This document shows positions 55,010-64,000 of a stretch of 64,000 bases of DNA, one piece after another. Within the stretch, counting starts at the first letter, position 1. Each line of letters starts with the position of its first letter. The position numbers and the translations under genes are program-made. This DNA is from Octopus sinensis (lineage: Eukaryota): positions 21,948,001-22,012,000 of the forward strand of contig NC_043013.1 of NCBI RefSeq assembly GCF_006345805.1, in the 5' to 3' direction. Below the pieces are notes generated by a model that was not told the origin of the DNA, did not search any database, and was given only the letters and a program-made list of their open reading frames with translations.

Positions 55010-56040
55010 AAGAATATCGGTTCAGGTAATATCTACATTTAACGTAAAGATTTGCTTATGTATTTTGTTCATGTTTCTATTGCTTCGTTCGTCTAAAACT
55101 GGTTTGCAAACAAACATGGCACCGAAAGTAAAAACGTGACCAGATTGTCGCTTTGAGAGCAGCTAGAGTGAGCAACGATGACATAACAAAACGGTTGAAT
55201 GTGTGTCGTAAAACTGTTCAATACCTGGAAACAATATATGGAGTCCACTACAACTTCTAGCAAGCCAATTCCTGGTAGGAAGCAAACAATTGGAATATTG
55301 AAGCTGTGAAGAAACGAATGAACGGAAATCCCAGCAGGAGTCAAGAAAAGCTCCAAAAACTCTTGATATATAGAAATCGTCAATGAACAGGATTTTTAAA
55401 GGGGATTTAAAACTTGCTGCAAAAAAGAAACAATCCAAGCGGTCAATTTCAGCAACATCCAAGAAGAAACGGCTCGACAGGGGTAAAACTATGTTAGCTG
55501 AGAAGAAGCGTGCCACTAACAAAGTGTTGATATGATTCGATGAGAAACTATTCATCGCGGAGGCAGTTTCTAATAGAATGACAGGCTTTATGCACATAAT
55601 GCAGGGGACTTGCCCGACAGTAACAGGATTCATATACGCCATCAGAAGACAGCTTCTCTCATAGTGTGGGTTACAGATGCATCAGATGGGTCCAAGCCGC
55701 CATCGATCTTCATCGATTCTGGGCGTCAAGGATAACAGTGAGGTTTATTTGGAAATGTTGAATGAGATAGTGTTACCCTGGATCACAGAAACCTTTCGTG
55801 ACCGTTACACCTTCACTCTAAACAGGGCTCCGGCCCACACATCCAATTTGAGACAGAGGTGGTTTAAAGAGCATTTCAACGGTTTTGGAGACAAGAAAAT
55901 ATGGCCTCTCCTAAGTCTAGATGTCAATCCCATGGACTTTGCAATTTGGGGTATCTGAGAGAGCAGTGTTTCTGCACGTTCCTATTCAAATGTGTCAGAG
56001 CTCAAGAGAGCTCTCCTGTCTTTATGGGTCAATTTCTTAA
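55010..56040 (+). mobile_element. maT (DD37D) transposase relic, right-arm copy
   Basis: Paralog of 22930-23950 (ORF 55677..55958). Confidence 0.8.
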
Positions 56041-56429
56041 TTGCTTTTTTTTCCATTTCTGTACATATCATTATGTCTTCTTGGGCTTCTATATTTCTTA
56101 ACGTATCTTGGATTTCATGCAGCCACTCCGCTTCATCATTGAATATTTACCTGATTATTCTGGCCTTGCATAAGAGACAAACCTTTTGTTACAGTTCTAC
56201 TGTGCCCTTTTTCCAATGTCTTTTATACCTCTCATGGTGCCTTCTGAAAATGTCCCCAAGGACCCAACAATAATTGGGACTTCACCTTCTTCATTTCCCA
56301 TAACCGAGTTTTTTTGTACTTAACAAGGGTTGTATGTATTTATTTTATCGCCTTCTTTCTTGACTATTCGTGAGTCAAAGGAGTATGCAGCATCAACGAT
56401 ATAGCATATGCGGTCCACCACCACTATGT

Positions 56430-57840
56430 CCGGTCTGTTAGCTCTAGCACTTGATCTGTTTGGATTAAGAAATCCCACGTAATTTTGCTAGTCTCCGATT
56501 CCACCACTCGAGCAGGAGAGCCAATCTCGCACAGAAATGGGTAGAGAAGAAATTGTTCCCGAAAGGTTGTGTAGAGGTGGCGAATGCGTACATAGTTTCC
56601 CTCATCTCTTACCACCTGACAATCGTCCATTGCCCTGCTTTGTAACTGACCAAGCTAGAACGCTTAATATCCCGCCTTCTCTGGAAAGGACGTGTTCCCC
56701 TCGTCATACGGTTCATTTGCTAACAACAGCCACAGAGTGGAGGACCGGGCGTGCCCTGACTAATGATGTACAGATATGCGCTGAGGCTACAACATCTCCA
56801 GCATTTTCTTAACGGTGAACAGATGTGGTCACTATTTGTCAAGTAGGATTTTCTGCAGCTCATGTTATTGTCGGAGTTATAGTACTCAATCAAGCGTAGA
56901 CCCAGAAAGGACGCGTGGCACCTGGAGTGTTAGGAAAAGCTCAGAGCCTCCTGTCAGTCGGGCAACGCGGTCAGAGGAAGTTCCACTGCGGAGTTCTATA
57001 GGGGATTAGTAGCGGGTAAGAATCACGTCGTTGTGGAAACTCTGGGCGTCGGAAGGGATCAACTAACTGATCTTTTCCGGAGGACTATCAGGCCGAATCG
57101 TATGGATAACTTCCAAACTTCTATGTCCTGGCTGTGCTATCGGGGAGCTCTGCCGGCTCCAAACGATCTCTGCAGACACGAAAGTGCGGTCAGACTGGTT
57201 TGTTCGAAGTGTGCGCAGAATGACGAAACCGTCCTGCACGCACTCATCCTGTTTCCTTGCATTACTGATTTGTGGAGCTTTGTCAAGCGGTTGTTATCGC
57301 GTGTAGGACAGATCCGGTTATCATCTGAGTCCATCGTGAAGATCGCCACCCTCCTTCCTTCCTTCCTTTGACCAGGAAGAAAAGACAGTCTTCCTCTGTC
57401 TGGTAGCTATGGCGAAAGCGGTTGATAAAACTGAGAGGACTGAAGACAGATGCTTTCCTCTTGGGCCAAACCCTCATTGACTTTTTCAAGTTCCACTTAA
57501 AAAAGTAAGTGAGGGTAGAGAGGGAAGTTCTGCTCCCCAGTAAATTTGATGAAAGGTGGGTGTATGTGGTGAGGATGGTCCTAGTAAAGGGGCCTGCTCT
57601 GAACTTTCGTTTGTAAACCGGAGGAGTTGCACTGGCGGTCGGAATAACCAGGTAGTGTGGGGGTCTGTCGTTGTCCCTGTGAGGAGCTAACCCCTTTTGG
57701 GGAATTTTTATTGTTCAATTATTTTTTTGTTATCTATTTTCTGTTACTTATTGTATACACGGCATTGTTCAACACCCTACTTGTCCCTTTGTGTTGTATT
57801 GTTCCTATTTTTATAAGAGCGGTCCAATATAAGAAAGTAT
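56430..57840 (+). mobile_element. 5'-truncated Tx1 LINE, right-arm copy
   Basis: Paralog of 21095-22530 (ORF 57033..57371). Confidence 0.8.
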
Positions 57841-57864
57841 TACTATTATTATTATTATTATTAT

Positions 57865-57930
<66 letters not shown>

Positions 57931-58194
57931 AAGAAAACTCACAGCTTATTTTGCTGGGTGTCATGGAAAGTGTCAGCTGTCCACAAGCAGCGGACTAATG
58001 TGACACATATTTACTGGTCATGCTTCAAGGACCCTGCGAAGAATTCTTGTAGTTCCAAGCAATGCTGATTTTTGTAGGCGTTCTACTTTCACACTTGCAC
58101 CGATCTTTTTCAGCCATGCTGGTAGTTGAGTGCTGATACTTCCAAGTGCATCAATTACCCTGAGTATCACGTCTACTCTCCTAATTAACCACAA

Positions 58195-58246
<52 letters not shown>

Positions 58247-58436
58247 GTCGTTGTTGTTGTTGTTGTTCTTGTCGTCGTCGTCGAGGTAAGACGTGTTTTG
58301 AAAGCTCAGTATGTTTGAATTTTTTTCTTGTGTATTTTGAAGGTTGTTGACTGTTATGTAAGTGTTTTTGTTTTCTAAACCCCTATTGGTGTACAGAAGG
58401 GATTCTTTTCCGTTAAGAGTTCTGACGGTCAGTACC

Positions 58437-59210
58437 TATTTCTTTACTACCCACAAGGGGCTAAACACAGAGAGGACAGACAAACGGATTAAGTCGATTA
58501 TATAGACCCCAGTGCGTAACTGGTATTTAATTTATCTACCCCGAAAGGATGAAAGGCAAAGTCGACCTTGGCGGAATTTGAACTCAGAACGTAACGTTAG
58601 ACAAGATACCTATTTCATCACTACCCACAAGGGGCTAAACATTGAGGGGAGAAACAAGGACAGACAAACGGATTAAGTCGATTACATCGACCCCAGTGCG
58701 TAACTGGTATTTAATTTATCTACCCCGAAAGGATGAAAGGCAAAGTCGACCACGGCAGAATTTGAACTCAGAACGTAACCGCAGACGAAATACCTATTTC
58801 TTTACTACCCACAAGGGGCTAAACATAGAGGGGACAAACAAGGACAGACAAACGGATTAAGTCGATTACATCGACCCCAGTTCGTAACTGCTACTTATTT
58901 AATTGACTCCGAAAGGATGAAAGGCAAAGTCGACCACGGCGGAATTTGAACTCAGAACGTAACCGCAGACGAAATACCTATTTCTTTACTACCCACAAGG
59001 GGCTAAACACAGAGGGAACAAAGAAGGACAGACAAACGGATTAAGTCGATTATATCGACCCCAGTGCATAACTGGTACTTAGTTAATCGACCCCGAAAGG
59101 ATGAAAGGCAAAGTCGACCTCGGCAGAATTTGAACTCAGAACGTAACAGCAGACGAAATACCGCAAAGCATTTCGCCCGGCGTGCAAACGTTTCTGCCAA
59201 CTCCCAGCTT
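58437..59210 (-). mobile_element. SINE head plus four tandem tail units, uninterrupted
   Basis: TSD ttctgacggt(c/t)agtacc at 58420-58436 and 59211-59227. No LINE insertion. Confidence 0.85.
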
Positions 59211-59227
59211 TTCTGACGGTTAGTACC

Positions 59228-62200
59228 ACGGCGATTTATCCTCTGAACAGCACAAAGAACAGTACCAACACCACTAACTGCACCTACACAACCATTAACA
59301 CTGCAAAAGAAAAAAAGTCAATTAAACGCCGCCAAAGCCACCACCGCTATGAGCAAGAGAAACAACGAAGAAAATACAAACACAAACGCAAATGACAAAT
59401 CCAATACACACGGTTTCGGTTCTGCAGCGAAACAAACAAGAGAAACGATAAACTTCACGTTAGAGGATTTTAAAAAAATTCAAGGGGCTATTAGTGGGAC
59501 AAGGTAATAATGTCTCACTAAATACCCCGAAAGAAATTGTTCTGGACACAAACAGAAGAAGCATTACGTACAAATGTATAAACAAACAACAAAGTCATTG
59601 GAACGAGCAACACAAGAATAACTGGAACTAATTCTGAAACCAATTTGGAAGAAGAAAACATAAGTGACACGTGGAAAATGGTTCGGTACTGTGGAAGTGC
59701 GCTACGCAAAGGAAGAAGCAAGAAAACATTCCACAGTGCCACTATTTTCAGAAGACCTTATCGTTACTGCTACCCCCAGTAGCAGTAACACCACCACCAA
59801 CACCTACTGTAGCAGTAGCAGCAGCAACAAATGAACACCACCAAAACCAAAAGTCGGAGTCAATCCTCCTTCCCGACCAAAACAACTCGGACTGTTCGAG
59901 TAATGAAGTCGAGGGGGGAGGGGAGTGGCAAACAGTTTCCCCACCCCCACCAAAGAAAAAAAAGAAAAATCTAGTGAGACTGTAGAAGAAAAAAGTGGGG
60001 AGGGGCAAGGACACTGAACGTCCCTACAGCGGCAACACCCACACACAACAGCCGATAACAACAACACCACCTCCACCAGCACTATCACCTCAAACACCAA
60101 CTCCACCTCCACCAGCGCTATCAACTCAAACACCAACACCACCTCCTCCGGTGCTATCACCTCAAACACCAACTCCACCTCCACCAGCGCTATCAACTCA
60201 AACACCAATACCACCACAAACAGATTCTACTAGCACCACAAAGTTCACAGCTTTTGATACAGGCAATAATAGATTTAATTACGTACTCAAGAGACAATAC
60301 AAACACCGCCATGACAGAACTCACCACCACCACCCATGCATATACTAAAACCCAAACAACAAAATTACAACACCATAAAAGCAACATTTCCAGATGCTGT
60401 GGGGTGGCTCCAAAAGACTTTTACAAAACGAATATATAAAAACCTAGGGAAACAACCACACGAAGTGTACCATCATACCAGGAGACAGTGGTAAGTGGTG
60501 CTCTTCTCCATTCTAAATTTATTTTAACTTGGTGATGCTCAGGATAGTTTTATAGAAGCCAGGGGCCTCGGGTCACCTTGGAAACAACGTCACCTTTTAC
60601 ATGAGCTGAGGTCCCTTACTGTAAATGTTGCAGCCATTAGTGAATCCAGATTATCCGACCCACGAAAATTTTTCTATCTCCTTGTCGGCCAATGTGTTGT
60701 AGTAGTAGAACTGTGGTGCTTTTCTGGAAGGGTCCGGGTTTGAAAATAAGGGCAGCCTTCCTGGATTCAGAAGGTAATTTGGTGGTCCTAGATGTCAACA
60801 GCAGTGACAGCTTGGCTTTCAGACTGCCGGCTGCCTATGCTTTGACAGGATCAGGGTGGTCTGATTATTTCAAGTGTCTGGAGTACGTCGCGGACATTCG
60901 TACTAGTAGGGGACTGGAACGCTGTCGTAGATGGATGTTTCGATTGCGTGGAAGTATCTTATATGAGAGATGGGGTGCAAAATCCTCAAAAATTTACTCA
61001 GACGTTTTCCATTGTCTGCCGGGTACCGACTAGATTACCCGAATGTACCAATGTGGACTTGAACAAACCGCATCTGGTTATCTAGATCGTATCTAGATAG
61101 AGTATTGTGTTAGCCAGCGGACAAGGATATCATCGGGTGTTCATTATTTCACATGGTCAGCTACACAAATTTTTTATCTCTACAGTCGACTTGGATAGGC
61201 TTCATAGACACGGTCCCGGTTACTGGAAGCCGAAGGCAATGTGTCAAGCTTACAGAGACCGGATTAGCGAATTAGTTAAGCGGACGTTGTCGGGGGCACT
61301 CGTCGACAACTGTTGGTTTGCTTTTAAAAGGGCAAATTAGAGAAGAATTAATTAGGTTTAGCAAGGCGTTGACGATAGGACGAAATAGAATAGAGGGAGA
61401 TGCATCGCAACCGACGTGTTGGCGGTGAGGTTGACCCTTGACCAATTTTCGACGCCAAACACGAAAGCCGCGGAGAGGGAATGATAGCGAAATGATGGGC
61501 CCGCGTGAAGGAGGTGAAAAGTGGCAATAAAGCCACCATTCGGTCTTTGGTGGACCAGAAAGGATGCAAAGTGTTCGAACCGAAAGAGACGATCACATTA
61601 AATTGCATTACTCGGAGTCTGGTTTGGTCCAGACTTTCAGGTGGAGAAAAACTGGGACGGAGTGACGAGGAAGGTAACCAACCTAACCCAGAAATGGGCC
61701 GATAGGGAGCTGCTTCAGAGCGGTCGAGGGGAGGAGGCGAATGTGTACATCGCATCTGTCATCTATTACCACTTGACCGTCGTCCCTTGCCCCGTTTGCT
61801 GGTTGACCAACCTAGAGCGTTTACTCTTCCCTTTTCTGTGGAAGGCGCGCGTTCCAATGTTCAGGCGCTCCATCTACTGTCAACAGTCGCTGAATGGAGG
61901 GCTGGGCATGCCGTTGTTACTAATGCGCAGACATTCATTAAGTTTGCGGCATCTCTAGCGTTTCCTTGGCGATGAGCAGGTGTGGTCACTGTTTGTCAGG
62001 TACATTTTTCCACAGACCGTCCCTTTGACTGAGCTGCAAACCTGGATTAAGCGTAGACCGAAGAGGGGGTGCTTGTCTACGCCCTCCGCCAGGTGAACAA
62101 TGAGGTCGGTGTAGTTCCATTCTAGCGTTCTATAGAGGGCTAGTGGAAGGATATCGCGACGACGTTCTCGGGGAAACTCTAGGTGTCGATGAAGATCAAC

Positions 62201-62600
62201 GAAATGGTCTGTTTCGAAGAACTTTCTGGCCTAGGCCTATGAATAAGCTCGAGAAATCCCTTGCCTGGCAGTGCCACCGAGGGGCGCTGACTGTTTGAGA
62301 TAAACTTTACAGGTACGGAAGTGCCGTCAGCCAGGCCTGCTCGAGGTGTGCCCAGAACGATGAAACCGTTCTACACGCCCTCGTCCAGTGACCGAATATT
62401 GCTGACCTCTGTGGGTTTATGTCGAACACCTGCTGTCACGTGTTGGACGGATACGGCTATCAGCTGAATCCATAGTGAGGATTACCCCGCCGCCCTCCTT
62501 TGGCTGGGAGGAGCAGGCAATTTTTATTTGTTTAGTGGATGTAGCGAAATCGGTAGTATGGTGGACTCGTCTGAAATGGCTAAAGTCAGAGACTTTCCTC
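59228..62600 (+). mobile_element. Old RT-deleted Tx1 LINE, right-arm copy
   Basis: Paralog of 10110-14224. Additionally lacks the ORF1 knuckle (junction ~59760) and the 3' end, and carries a 36-bp x4 expansion at ~60065-60215. Confidence 0.8.
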
Positions 62601-62634
62601 TTTGTTGTTGTTTTTGTTGTTGTTGTTGTCGTTG

Positions 62635-62702
<68 letters not shown>

Positions 62703-62866
62703 TTCATTATATTTATTATTATTATCCTCTCTTAAAGAGTAGAAAATATATCTGTTATTTCTCATTATTCAAAAATAATAACACTGTACAACGTGAAATA
62801 GTCTCACCTCCATTACGAAAAACTACAAAAGACAACGTTGATTTATTTACCTTCTTATTCTTACAG

Positions 62867-63097
62867 GAATATGTCCTTTAGATTTTATTGACAAAGCCGC
62901 TATACCTTCTAACTATGATTTGGGTTTCTTTTCTGGTTCCAATTATACGCAATGTCTGCTCAATTGCGAAGCAATACCAACTTGCCAATCGTTTGACTAT
63001 AACTTTAATTACAAACGATGCTTGTTGTTATCTAAAGATCATACAACTGCTCAATTGAATTTTTACACAGATTGGACTTACACCGAAATAAACAGAG
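62867..63097 (+). CDS. PAN/apple-domain paralog exon 4 (divergent second PAN domain)
   Basis: cttcttattcttacag|GAATATGT...AACAGAG|gtaagg; 231 nt, open. GICPLDFIDKAAIPSNYDLGFFSGSNYTQCLLNCEAIPTCQSFDYNFNYKRCLLLSKD...YTEINR. Confidence 0.85.
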
Positions 63098-63287
63098 GTA
63101 AGGGCGTCATTTTCTTGTTTTTATTTATTTTTTTGTTGTTGGAATTATACACAGTCAGTTGGACAAGACTTAGGCACCACCTTCAAAAATGTGTTAGTCT
63201 GTTATATTGAGGTTGCGACTTTGATTTACTTGGCTCTATCGATTGGCTAAGTCCAATGTCATATAAAGGTATGGACTCAATAACTAA

Positions 63288-63288
63288 T

Positions 63289-63384
<96 letters not shown>

Positions 63385-63511
63385 CAGACTGACAGGAAGA
63401 TAGACAGACTGACAGGCAGATAGACAGACTGACAGGCAGATAGACAGACAGACAGACAGGTAGACAGACAAGTAGACAGACAGATGGCTAGATAGATAGA
63501 CAGATAGATAA

Positions 63512-63578
<67 letters not shown>

Positions 63579-63615
63579 CATACATACATACATACATACA
63601 TACATACATACATGC
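63288..63615. repeat. (GATA)n/(GACA)n/(CATA)n compound microsatellite
   Basis: Direct inspection; expanded relative to its paralog at ~9260-9400. Confidence 0.9.
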
Positions 63616-63654
63616 ACACGCATACACTCATACGTACAGATAAATACTAATACT

Positions 63655-64000
63655 TGATGAGCAATAGGAACATAGATAGCACCAAACCTCCATACTGTGA
63701 TGGAAAATGTCGGCTCTGCTATACCAGTGTGGAAGATGTCACCCACATCATCAGTAGTTGCGACAAAATGCCTACGAGATTCTATCTGCCCCTGAGGCAT
63801 GATATAGTTGCGAAGACTATTTACAATGCAATGCTACCCATAGGAAGGACTGCTCGGACGTATAGATCAAAGCCATGTTAGAACCATCAAGTAATCAGAT
63901 CATATGAAAGCAAGGAATACTGTTGGAACTCTCACCACCAAAAACAAAGAACAATTGGTGCAGAGATAGAAGACCTGATATTGTTCTTTGGCACAGGGAA
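63655..64000 (+). mobile_element. RLE-type LINE fragment, right-arm copy
   Basis: [21 protein letters not shown]...[10 protein letters not shown]. Confidence 0.7.

Larger units (their letters stand above)
52957..64000. repeat. Right arm of large inverted segmental duplication (runs off the window)
   Basis: Reverse complement of ~8838-26042, lacking the 5.1-kb Tx1 insertion. Confidence 0.95.

Overview
AT-rich, microsatellite- and transposon-dense animal genomic DNA, most likely octopus (inferred from my recollection of the tRNA-derived SINE families, not from a search). The only cellular gene I can build is a multi-exon minus-strand gene for a secreted ~250-aa protein with a signal peptide and three PAN/apple-like domains. 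Its exons are 34808-34844, 25579-25614, 24761-25018 and 9589-9819, plus one of two tandem terminal exons (4035-4225 or 3269-3459); all introns are phase 1. An inverted duplicate of the gene body occupies 52957-64000+ and mirrors ~8838-26042. It keeps intact exons 2-4, but I find no copy of exon 1 or the promoter, so one promoter sits between two oppositely oriented gene bodies. These bodies differ mainly in one hypervariable PAN exon (~27 of 77 aa changed, ~3 purely silent codon changes, counted by hand). The rest is Tx1/L1-clade LINEs, R4/Dong, RTE and Gypsy fragments, a DD37D (maT) transposon relic, MITEs, a Helitron-like element and SINE tandem arrays. One full-length Tx1 LINE is inserted into a SINE with which it shares a 3' tail. 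Element boundaries were read by eye and are approximate unless splice sites or TSDs are quoted.
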